Assembly (NCBI GenBank): GCA_041484665.1
Contig: JBGPIA010000007.1
Location: 32,001-96,000 of the forward strand
Reading direction: 5' to 3'
Source: Candidatus Krumholzibacteriia bacterium
GTDB lineage: Bacteria > Krumholzibacteriota > Krumholzibacteriia > JAJRXK01
DNA length: 64,000 bases
Made by a program: the position numbers and the translations under genes. Below, piece by piece: positions 19,677-28,325 of the stretch. Numbering within the stretch: the stretch's first letter is position 1; the number at the start of each line of letters is the position of its first letter. The notes under the pieces are model-generated. The model saw only the letters and a program-made list of their open reading frames with translations, did no database searches and was not told the DNA's origin.

Positions 19677-21707
19677 TCAGGCGAGCACGCTGGCCGGCAT
19701 CCGGGCCGGCACGGGAGAGGACTCGATGAACCGCTCGTGCCACAGCTGGAAGATGAGCAGCGACCAGATCTGGAAGCTGTTGTCGGCTCGCATCTCCATG
19801 TGGTCGCGCAGCAGTCGCTGCACGACTGGCAGGCGGAGCAACCCGTGGCGGCGCAGGCGGCTCTCCGCCAGCAGGTCCAGGGCCATGGGGCGCAGCGCCC
19901 CGCGCAGCCAGACGTTCTTGGGGACGTTGAAGCCGGCCTTCTTGCGGTAGAGCAGCTCGCGGTCGACGTACGGCAACAGCGCCTTCTTGAGCAGGTACTT
20001 GCGCACGCGCCCCTTGAATTTGACGTGACTGGGAACGCTCGCGGCGAACTCCACGAGCCGGTAGTCGAGGAAAGGCACGCGCGCCTCCAACGAGACGGCC
20101 ATGCTCATGCGGTCGACCTTCACCAGCATGTCGCTGGGCAGGTAGAAGCGCGTATCGACGTAGAGCATGCGCGCCAGCGGGTCGTCGGAGCCGGATGCAT
20201 CGAAGTAGTGGCGCCAGCGCTCGAACGTGGTGGTGCCCGCGCCGCTGCGGCTTCGCCCGGCGGCGCCACCGTTACCGCCCACGCTGCCGCCGGAAACCCC
20301 GGTGGCCTCGCCCGCCGCGACGTCGGCCCGGCCGACCCCGCCCGCCACCGCTCCGTCGGCCAGCAGCTCGCGCTTGGCCTCCTCGGTGAAGATCGTACGC
20401 CAGAAGAAGTGGGCCTCGTCGGCTGGGAGCTCTGCTCCCTCCACGAAGCGGCGCGCCTTGAACTCGAAGCTGATCTTCTTGCTGCTCATAGGCAGCGCGT
20501 GCACCAGCGGCGCGATGACGCCGCGGCGCAGCATGCGCGGCAACAGGCGGTAGGCCTTGCGGGCCCAGTACGCGTTGTAGGTCTCGTAGCCGGCAAACAG
20601 CTCGTCGCCACCGTCGCCGCTGAGCACCATGGTGACGTGTTCGCGCGCGAGCTTGCTCACCAGAAGCACAGGTATGGCCGAGCTGTCCGCCGTGGGCTCC
20701 TCGCTGTGATAGACCAGCCAGGGCAACAGCTCCTCGACGTTGGGTTTGACCGTCAGCTCGTGGTGGTCGGTGTGGTACCGCTGGGCGATCCGCCGCGCAT
20801 AGGGGAGCTCATCGAACGACGCCTCGCCGAAGCCGATGGAGAAGGTCTTCACCGGCTCGTTCATGTGGCGCGCCATCATGGCCACCACCGCGCTGCTGTC
20901 GATGCCACCCGAGAGGAACGCTCCGAACGGCACGTCGCTCACCAGGCGCATGCGGACGCTGTCCTCCAGCAGCTCGATGGCGCGCTCGACAGCGCGCTCC
21001 TGGGTCCACTGTGGGTCGGCGGTGAAGCGTAGGTCCCACCAGATCTTGCGGCGCAGCCCGGCGGTGGTGAGCACCGCCAACTCTCCGGGCAGCAGCTGCT
21101 CGATGCCGGCGAAGAGGGTCCGCCCCGGCGGCAGATAGTTGAGCCCCAGGTAATCGCCGAGCGACTCGCGATCGATGGCGCGCGGAACGCCGGGGTACTG
21201 GAGGATGGCTTTGATCTCACTGCCCCACAGCCAGGTGCCGCCGTCTTGCGGCAGCCGCGTGAAGAACAGCGGCTTGATCCCCAGCCGGTCGCGCGCCAGG
21301 AGCACCGTGCGCGCGCGGAAGTCGGCGATGGCGAACGCGAACATGCCGTTGAGACGGTGCAGCATCTCCTCGCCCACGTCCTCGTAGAGGTGGACGAGGA
21401 CCTCGGTGTCGCTTTGGGTGGCGAAGCGGTGGCCCTTGCGCTCCAACTCGGCGCGCAGCTCGCGGTAGTTGTAGATCTCGCCGTTGAAGACGATGGCGAC
21501 GGTGCGATCCTCGTTGAAGATGGGCTGGTCGCCGCCGGCGAGGTCGATGATCTTCAACCGCCGCATGCCCAGAGCGATCCCGTCGCGGCAGAGCATGCCG
21601 TCACTGTCGGGCCCGCGGTGGACGATGGCGTCGCACATGGCGCGCAACACGGCCGCATTGGGCTGCGGTCCGCGCTGCTGATGGAAGAATCCGGCGATGC
21701 CGCACAT
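19677..21707 (-). CDS. asnB: Asparagine synthase (glutamine-hydrolysing) family amidotransferase
   Basis: N-terminal MCGIAG, HRGPD, FNGEIYN, LSGGIDSS, SGDGGDELFAGY, EARVPFLD. Confidence 0.95.
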   Translation of the reverse strand: MCGIAGFFHQQRGPQPNAAVLRAMCDAIVHRGPDSDGMLCRDGIALGMRRLKIIDLAGGDQPIFNEDRTVAIVFNGEIYNYRELRAELERKGHRFATQSDTEVLVHLYEDVGEEMLHRLNGMFAFAIADFRARTVLLARDRLGIKPLFFTRLPQDGGTWLWGSEIKAILQYPGVPRAIDRESLGDYLGLNYLPPGRTLFAGIEQLLPGELAVLTTAGLRRKIWWDLRFTADPQWTQERAVERAIELLEDSVRMRLVSDVPFGAFLSGGIDSSAVVAMMARHMNEPVKTFSIGFGEASFDELPYARRIAQRYHTDHHELTVKPNVEELLPWLVYHSEEPTADSSAIPVLLVSKLAREHVTMVLSGDGGDELFAGYETYNAYWARKAYRLLPRMLRRGVIAPLVHALPMSSKKISFEFKARRFVEGAELPADEAHFFWRTIFTEEAKRELLADGAVAGGVGRADVAAGEATGVSGGSVGGNGGAAGRSRSGAGTTTFERWRHYFDASGSDDPLARMLYVDTRFYLPSDMLVKVDRMSMAVSLEARVPFLDYRLVEFAASVPSHVKFKGRVRKYLLKKALLPYVDRELLYRKKAGFNVPKNVWLRGALRPMALDLLAESRLRRHGLLRLPVVQRLLRDHMEMRADNSFQIWSLLIFQLWHERFIESSPVPARMPASVLA

Positions 21708-21731
21708 GGCTCAACAGGGGCGCCTGGCGCC

Positions 21732-22697
21732 TCAAAGGTTGCTGTCTTCCCAGTGGAACGTGGCCTGATCGCGTCGCATGGCCGCGACCTGGTCGGTGAG
21801 CAGCCCGAAGAAGAAGATGATCAGTGCCGACACCAGCAGGAACAATGCGCCCACGGACAGCCCGCGCCCGCTCAGCAGGAACGGGATTCCCCACACCACG
21901 CCCAGCGCCGCCAGCACCGCGCTGGTCGGGAAGAACACCCGGAAGGGGTCCAGCAGCGTGATCAGCCGCAGGATCAAGAGCACCGTGCGCGCGCCGTCCT
22001 TGAACGGCTTCACGGTGCTCTGGCCCACGCGCGCCTCGATCACCGTGGGCACGAACTTCACGGCGTGCCCCTGCTTGAGGAAGAGCAGGGTCGTGGTCGT
22101 GCTGGCCGAGAATCCGTCGGGCAACAGGTGGATGTAGCGCATGAGCACGTCACGCTTGATGGCGCGGAAGCCGCAGTTGAGGTCGGGGATGCGCTGGCGC
22201 GCGAGGTAGTTGGCGACCATCGCCAGCACCTGCTTGCCGATCACCCGGTCGCGCGGCACGTGGCTGCGGCTGTCCCGCCAGCCGGTGGCCATGTCGTACT
22301 CGGGGATGAACGAGAGCATGGTACGGATGTCACCGGCGTTGAACTGCCCGTCGGCGTCGTAGAACAGCACGAGCGGGTGCCGGGCGGAGCGCACGCCGTC
22401 CTTGAGGCTGCCGCCGTAGCCCTTGTTGCGCGGGTGGGTGATGACGCGCGCTCCCGCGGCGCGGGCGATGTCGCCCGTGCCGTCCACGCTGCAGTCGTCG
22501 ACCACGATCACCTCGAACGGGCGCCCCAGCTGCTCGAGCTGCCCGATGACCGTGCGCACCACGACGCCGACCCCGTCCGCCTCGTTGAATGCAGGGATGA
22601 TGACGCTGACGCCCGGGTCGGCGGCCTGCGCGCCCTCGCCGACCGCGGCGGGCCGGGGGCGTTGGGTCGAGACGGTGGAGGATGGGGTCGTGCTCAT
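21732..22697 (-). CDS. Glycosyltransferase family 2 (polyprenol-phosphate glycosyltransferase-like) with C-terminal TM helices
   Basis: SVIIPAFNE, VVDDCSVDGT, NKGYG, YDADGQ, DLNCGFR. Confidence 0.92.
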   Translation of the reverse strand: MSTTPSSTVSTQRPRPAAVGEGAQAADPGVSVIIPAFNEADGVGVVVRTVIGQLEQLGRPFEVIVVDDCSVDGTGDIARAAGARVITHPRNKGYGGSLKDGVRSARHPLVLFYDADGQFNAGDIRTMLSFIPEYDMATGWRDSRSHVPRDRVIGKQVLAMVANYLARQRIPDLNCGFRAIKRDVLMRYIHLLPDGFSASTTTTLLFLKQGHAVKFVPTVIEARVGQSTVKPFKDGARTVLLILRLITLLDPFRVFFPTSAVLAALGVVWGIPFLLSGRGLSVGALFLLVSALIIFFFGLLTDQVAAMRRDQATFHWEDSNL

Positions 22698-22892
22698 CGT
22701 TCTCAACAGCGCCCCGACGCCGCCCGGGAGCTCGCCCCTGCCCGGTGGGGCGTCGAGCGGGGTCTGCGAAGGCCAGCGCGGCAGGCGGCGCGCGCCCCGG
22801 TCCGAAAACCCCAGGATTCTAAAGCAATTGTCGCCGTCCTGCCTAGCGTGCCGGGGGTGGGCAAGTGTGGAGCGCGCGCCTACATTGGGCCC

Positions 22893-24320
22893 ATGAACGA
22901 GCTTGGCAAGAACCACGCCCCGGTCGCGCCTGCCTTGCAGCCCGCAGGGGTTGCCCCCGCCGGCACGGAGACCGTGGTCCTCCACGGCATGGCCCACGGC
23001 GGCGAGGCCGTCGGCCGGCTGCCCGACGGCCGCGCGGTGTTCGTTGCGGGCGGCGTGCCTGGCGAAACCGTTCGGGTCCGGATCGCGGAATCGAAGCCCC
23101 GCTGGGCCCGCGCCAAGCTCGGGGAGGTGCTCCACCCCAGCCCCGACCGCGTGGCCGCACCCTGCCCCCACTTCGGCCGCTGCGGAGGCTGCCAGTGGCA
23201 GCACATTGCGTTGCCGCGCCAGCGTGCCCTCAAGCGCGAGATCGTGCTGGGACAGCTGCGGCACCTCGGCGGGCTGGCGGGTCCCGCGAACGCGACCGGC
23301 ATCGCGGTCGCCGCGGCCAGCCCCGGCGGCGATGACAACTCGGGCGCCGCTGGCAGCGCTGGCGCCGCCTCGGATCGGCACGACCCCGCTGCCGCGAGCC
23401 GCTCGGGAGTCGACTTGGACGCGCTGACCGAGCCCACGCGCGCGGTTGGATCAACGGACGGCTTCGGCTACCGCAACCACGCCACCTTCGCCATCGACGC
23501 CTTCGGCCGCGCGTGCTTCCACGCTCCGGGGACCCTCGAGCGCGTCCCGATCGATCGCTGCCTCCTGCTGCATCCGCTGCTGCGCGAGTGGCATGAGGCG
23601 CTGCCGGCGATGCAAGGAGCCACGAAGGTCGAGCTGCGCGTAGGCACGCGCACGGGGCAGCGCTTGGCGCTGGTGGGCGGCGAGCCGTCTGCTTTGGCCG
23701 TCAGCGCTGCGCGCGAGCACGGAATCGCCCTGCACCCCGCCGGCGAGGGCGAGGTGACCGAGATGATCGGCACCGAGCGCTTCCGCATCAGCAGCAAGGC
23801 CTTCTTCCAGGCCAACACCGAAGGCGCTGAGGTGCTGGTGGAGTTGGTTCTGGAGATGTTGCAGCCGACGCCGGAGGACTCCGTGCTGGACGCATACGCA
23901 GGCGTGGGACTGTTCAGCGTGCCGCTCGCGCGCAGGGCGGGGCGCGTGTTCTCGGTCGAAAACAATCCCGCCGCCATCCGCGACCTGCGCGTTCACATCA
24001 AGGGCCTGCCGATCCACGTCGTGGGCGTCTCGCTGGAGGACTCGGATTCGCAGCTGCCCAAGCGCGTGGACCTCATCGTGGCCGATCCGCCCCGCGAGGG
24101 ACTGGGGTCGCGCAACGTCGGGCGGCTGGCGGCCATGCGGCCACGGCGCCTGGTGCTGGTCTCCTGCGATGCGGCCTCGCTGGCCCGCGACGCCAGCTGC
24201 CTGGCCAAGGCGGGATACCCCCTGCGCCGCGCCGTGCCGGTGGACCTGTTCCCTCACACCTTCCACGTGGAGACGGTTGCTCTGTTCGAGAAGTACCCGG
24301 CCGGACCGGCGGCGGCGTGA
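22893..24320 (+). CDS. TRAM-domain RNA m5U methyltransferase (RlmD/RumA-like)
   Basis: TRAM domain (GGVPGETV), CPHFGRCGGC Fe-S motif, FFQAN, LDAYAGVG, DPPREG, VSC, DLFPHTFHVE. TACATT lies 6 nt before the ATG. Confidence 0.92.
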   Translation: MNELGKNHAPVAPALQPAGVAPAGTETVVLHGMAHGGEAVGRLPDGRAVFVAGGVPGETVRVRIAESKPRWARAKLGEVLHPSPDRVAAPCPHFGRCGGCQWQHIALPRQRALKREIVLGQLRHLGGLAGPANATGIAVAAASPGGDDNSGAAGSAGAASDRHDPAAASRSGVDLDALTEPTRAVGSTDGFGYRNHATFAIDAFGRACFHAPGTLERVPIDRCLLLHPLLREWHEALPAMQGATKVELRVGTRTGQRLALVGGEPSALAVSAAREHGIALHPAGEGEVTEMIGTERFRISSKAFFQANTEGAEVLVELVLEMLQPTPEDSVLDAYAGVGLFSVPLARRAGRVFSVENNPAAIRDLRVHIKGLPIHVVGVSLEDSDSQLPKRVDLIVADPPREGLGSRNVGRLAAMRPRRLVLVSCDAASLARDASCLAKAGYPLRRAVPVDLFPHTFHVETVALFEKYPAGPAAA

Positions 24321-24413
24321 GCTGCCTTGCGAGGCGAGCCGCGGCGGAGTGAGCCTCCCCACACGCGCGCCGGCCCCAGCCGAAGCGCCCCCCGGGACGG
24401 GACCTCCGCGGGA

Positions 24414-25253
24414 ATGACGCGCGTCGTGCTGCAGATTATCCTCGTCCTCGCCCTGCTGTACGCAGCGGCCTGCCTGGCGGCCTTCCTGCTGCAGAAGCGC
24501 CTGGTCTACTTCCCGGGGCCGCCCGGCGGCACGACGCCGGCCGACGCCGGGATGCGCTTCGAGGACCTGACGCTCACAACGAGCGACCGCGTGCGGGTCC
24601 ACGGTTGGCTGCTGCCAGCAGCGCACGCCCGCGGCGTCGTGCTGGTCTGCCACGGCAATGCGGGCTCGATCGCGCAGCGCCTGCCCGCGGCCCGCGCCTT
24701 CCTCGCCATGGGGCTGTCCGTGCTGCTGCTGGACTACCGCGGCTACGGTCGCAGCGAGGGATCACCCAGCGAAGAAGGCACCTATCGGGACGCGGAGGCC
24801 GCCTACGACCACCTGGTGCAACAGGCCGGCTTCACGGCGCAAAGCGTGATCGTCTACGGTGAGTCGCTGGGAGCGGCGGTGGCGGCCGAGTTGGCGCTGC
24901 GCCGTGGGGTCGCGGCAGTGATCCTCGAAAGCCCCTTCACGTCGCTGCGCGACATCGGCGCGAGAGCGTACCCGTTCCTGCCCGTGCGGCTGTTGGCGCG
25001 GCTACGCTACGACAACCGCGCCAAGGCCGGCCGCCTGCGTGCGCCCCTGCTCGTCATCCACAGCCCACAGGACGAGGTCGTGCCATTCGCGCAGGGGCGG
25101 GCGGTGTACGAAGCGGCGGTCGAGCCGAAGGTCTTCCTGCAAACCGACGCGGGGCACAACGAGGGAGGGTTCCTGCGCCGGGAGGAGTACCAGGCGAAGG
25201 TGCGGACGTTCCTGGAGGGAGCGTTGGCGCCGGGAGCGCCAGGGTTACCGTGA
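24414..25253 (+). CDS. Alpha/beta hydrolase (ABHD13/17-like) with N-terminal membrane anchor
   Basis: HGNAG, DYRGYGRSEG, GESLG, DEVVP, GHN catalytic triad motifs. Confidence 0.9.
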   Translation: MTRVVLQIILVLALLYAAACLAAFLLQKRLVYFPGPPGGTTPADAGMRFEDLTLTTSDRVRVHGWLLPAAHARGVVLVCHGNAGSIAQRLPAARAFLAMGLSVLLLDYRGYGRSEGSPSEEGTYRDAEAAYDHLVQQAGFTAQSVIVYGESLGAAVAAELALRRGVAAVILESPFTSLRDIGARAYPFLPVRLLARLRYDNRAKAGRLRAPLLVIHSPQDEVVPFAQGRAVYEAAVEPKVFLQTDAGHNEGGFLRREEYQAKVRTFLEGALAPGAPGLP

Positions 25254-25379
25254 GCACTGGGATCTCGGAGCACGCGGGATCTTGGCGAGCATCGGGGTCT
25301 TCACGGCGCGCCCGGCTCAGCAGGAGCGGTGAGATCTGCGGGGCCAGGCTGAAGGTCAGCGCGGGCGATGCGCGCGAGC

Positions 25380-27251
25380 CTACCCCTTCCGCCCTCGCCA
25401 CCACAGGGCCAGGCAGAGCAGCGTCCACAGCTTGGAACCGTGATTGGCGCGGCCGCCGGCGTGCTCGCGGACCAGGCGCTCGATCGTCTCGGTGCGGAAG
25501 TGCTCTGCGAAGAGATCGCCGGCCGCAGCGAATGACTCGCGCAGCATCGGCAGCAGCGGCCCTTTCAGCCATGCCCCGACGGGGGTCGAGAAGCCCTGCT
25601 TGCGCCGCAGGATCGCCTCACGCGGCAGGTAGCGCAGCGCCAGTGCTTTCAAGAGATGTTTGGACACCCCGGTCCGGGATTTCACCGCCACGGGAAGGCG
25701 GGCGCACAGCTCGATCAGCTTGTGATCCAGGAGCGGGCAACGCACCTCGAGGCCGTAGGCCATGGAAGCGATGTCCACCTTGAAGAGCACGTCGCCCGGC
25801 AGATAGGCGTTGCTGTCGATCCACAGCATGCGCTCGTAAGGATCGTCCGCATGGCGGAAGGACTCGTCGATGAGCTCCTGCCGCCAGCGGGCGGTGGATG
25901 CGGCGAGCTCCTGGGGCCTGCCCGGCCGCCAGAGCGCCGCCTTTGCTTGGCCCTGGAAGTACTCCGGACGGAAGAGCGGTTTCATCTCGGGGTACACGTA
26001 GCGATACAGCCAGTGTCGCTGCAGCTTGCCCCATGGCCCGGTCCCGTCGAGCTGGCGTTCCAGCCGCGCGGCCTGGGCGGCCGGCCGCGGAAGATGAGCT
26101 CGTCCGGCCAGCACGGCCAGCCTCGAGCGCCGGTAGTGGGTGTAACCACCCAGCAGCTCGTCACCGCCATCTCCGGTGAGCGCCACGGTCACACCGCGGC
26201 GCGCCATGCGGCTGACCCAGAAGGTCGGCGGCGCCGAGTTGTCCGCGAAGGGCTCGCCATACTGGTTCACCACGAAAGGCAGCATGTCCGCCACGTCCGG
26301 ACGGACGACCTCCTCCTCGTGCTGCGAGCCGAGATGCGCCGCCACCGCGCTCGCGTACGGCAGCTCGTTGTAGGCCGCTTCGCTGAACCCAAGTGAGAAG
26401 GTCCGGACCGGCCGGTCGGCGAGCTTGGCCATCACCGCCGCGACCAGGCTGGAATCCACGCCGCCGCTGAGGAGGACGCCGAGAGGCACATCGCTGATCA
26501 TCCGCAGCCGTACGGCCTGCGTGAGCTCCGCCTCCAGCGCCTCCAGGGCTTCCGGCTCGGCAATGGGCTGCTTGGCGCGGAAGTCCAGCGTCCAGTAGCG
26601 CTGCAACCGCAGCCCGGACCCCTCCAGCACCGCCCAGTGCGCTGGCGGAAGCTTGCGGATCGCCGTGTAGATGGTGCGCGGCGCGGGGACGTACTGCAGG
26701 CTCAGATAGAGATCCAGCGCGACGGGGTCGATCTCCCCGGATACGGCCGGGTGGGAAGCGAGCGCGCGTATCTCCGACGCGAAGACGAAGCCTGTGGGCG
26801 TCTGGGCGTAGACCAGCGGCTTCTTGCCAAGGCGGTCGCGGGCCAGGAAGAGCTCGTGCCGCGCGGGGTCCCAGATCGCCAGCGCGAACATCCCGCGCAG
26901 CAGCTCGAGGCAGCGCGGGCCGCGGGAGCGGTACAGCGCGAGCAGCACCTCGGTATCACCCGCGGTGCGGAAGGCCATGCCATCCTTCTCCAGAAACGAC
27001 CGCAGCTCCTGGAAGTTGTAGATCTCGCCGTTGAAGACGATGGCCTGCCCGGTCGCTGGATCGACCATGGGCTGGTGGCTGCGCGGATCGAGGTCGATGA
27101 CCGACAACCGTGCGTGCCCGAGCGCAGCCTCCCCGAAGCCCTGCACCGCCTGGTGGTCCGGCCCACGATGGAGGATGGCCGCGACCATCCCGCCGACGGC
27201 GGCCGCGTCCGCCACGCCACCGAACCGCACCTCCCCCGCGATCCCGCACAC
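25380..27251 (-). CDS. asnB: Second asparagine synthase family amidotransferase
   Basis: GTG start giving (M)CGIAG, HRGPD, LSGGVDSS, TGDGGDELLGGY, RRKQGF. Confidence 0.93.
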   Translation of the reverse strand: MCGIAGEVRFGGVADAAAVGGMVAAILHRGPDHQAVQGFGEAALGHARLSVIDLDPRSHQPMVDPATGQAIVFNGEIYNFQELRSFLEKDGMAFRTAGDTEVLLALYRSRGPRCLELLRGMFALAIWDPARHELFLARDRLGKKPLVYAQTPTGFVFASEIRALASHPAVSGEIDPVALDLYLSLQYVPAPRTIYTAIRKLPPAHWAVLEGSGLRLQRYWTLDFRAKQPIAEPEALEALEAELTQAVRLRMISDVPLGVLLSGGVDSSLVAAVMAKLADRPVRTFSLGFSEAAYNELPYASAVAAHLGSQHEEEVVRPDVADMLPFVVNQYGEPFADNSAPPTFWVSRMARRGVTVALTGDGGDELLGGYTHYRRSRLAVLAGRAHLPRPAAQAARLERQLDGTGPWGKLQRHWLYRYVYPEMKPLFRPEYFQGQAKAALWRPGRPQELAASTARWRQELIDESFRHADDPYERMLWIDSNAYLPGDVLFKVDIASMAYGLEVRCPLLDHKLIELCARLPVAVKSRTGVSKHLLKALALRYLPREAILRRKQGFSTPVGAWLKGPLLPMLRESFAAAGDLFAEHFRTETIERLVREHAGGRANHGSKLWTLLCLALWWRGRKG

Positions 27252-27552
27252 GTCCGTCTCCCCTTCGCCCGCGGATCTCCCCACGCGCCGTGGATCGCTC
27301 CCACGCGGCGGCGGCGGGTCGGGGATCTAGAGCCCCCCGCAACCCGGTCACTCCAGCGACGGGGAGTCTAGCGCGACTGCGTGAACGCAGCCCGCATTGA
27401 ATGACGGCGGGGGAATCCCGCAACGGCGCGATCCCGCCGCGCGCCTTAGCGCCCGGCCGCGCCCGCGCGCACAGACGGGCGCCCGCGCGCGCGCCCGTGC
27501 GTGGCGCGCCAAGCCAACTCATCACGCGCTGCGCACGGCGTGATTCGTTCAG

Positions 27553-28041
27553 CTACGCGAACGCAATGGTGAGCTGTCGGCCGGAGAGTGTCACCGTCGC
27601 GGGGAACAGATTGCTGCTCGCCGGCCCCGCGAGCAGCTGGCCGTCGGAGTCGAACCGGGAGCCGTGGCAAGGGCAGGAAATGACGCCGTTCGCCGGCAAA
27701 CCCACCTCGCAGCCGGCATGGGGACACGTCGATGAGAGGGCTTCGTAACCACCCCCGGAGATGCGGCGCACGATGACGGGATGGTCGTTGGGCCAGGCGA
27801 CCTTCACGCTTCCACCGACCGTTCCCAGAGCCGCATAGGCGGGATCGTCCAAGTTGATGCTCACGGTGCCGGTGCGGGGGGGCGAGGGAGCAGTGGGGCT
27901 TCCTCCGCACGCGGCCAGGATCGCCCCGGCAAGGGACCCGGCGGCAGCCGTCACCGCCAGGCCGAGCAGGAACTGCCGACGGGAGCAGCACGCCCCAGGC
28001 AGCGGGAGATCGGCGCTCACCGGTTGTTCTGCGCATTCCAT
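27553..28041 (-). CDS. Rieske [2Fe-2S] protein, probable Tat-exported lipoprotein
   Basis: SRRQFL twin-arginine motif, LAAC lipobox, CPHAGC and CPCHGSRF Rieske boxes. Confidence 0.9.
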   Translation of the reverse strand: MECAEQPVSADLPLPGACCSRRQFLLGLAVTAAAGSLAGAILAACGGSPTAPSPPRTGTVSINLDDPAYAALGTVGGSVKVAWPNDHPVIVRRISGGGYEALSSTCPHAGCEVGLPANGVISCPCHGSRFDSDGQLLAGPASSNLFPATVTLSGRQLTIAFA

Positions 28042-28325
28042 GGGAAGTCCTTTCGAGCGCTGCGCAACGTGGGGCGATCCCTCGACGTCAGCCGACAAGG
28101 TGCCGGTCGGCTCGTTGCGGCGCAAGGGATCGAGCGCTGTGCGCCTCGCCCGCTCGTACCGCGAAACCAGGACCTCCGGCCGGTCCGATGCCTGATCGGC
28201 AAAGAACAAGAACTCGTGGATCTTCGTGCCGCGGTCGGCCACATTTGCAAAGGCCTCGCCCGCGAGCTTTGGCTCCCGGCCTGCGGAGGACGTCCTTGCA
28301 AGAGCGTCAGCCCCCGACCTCGTCC

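Noticed and set aside
21246..23381. Apparent 1024-aa RlmD fusion and 549-aa GT2
   Set aside because: The N-terminal extensions overlap opposite-strand genes. Plausible starts are 22893 and 22697.
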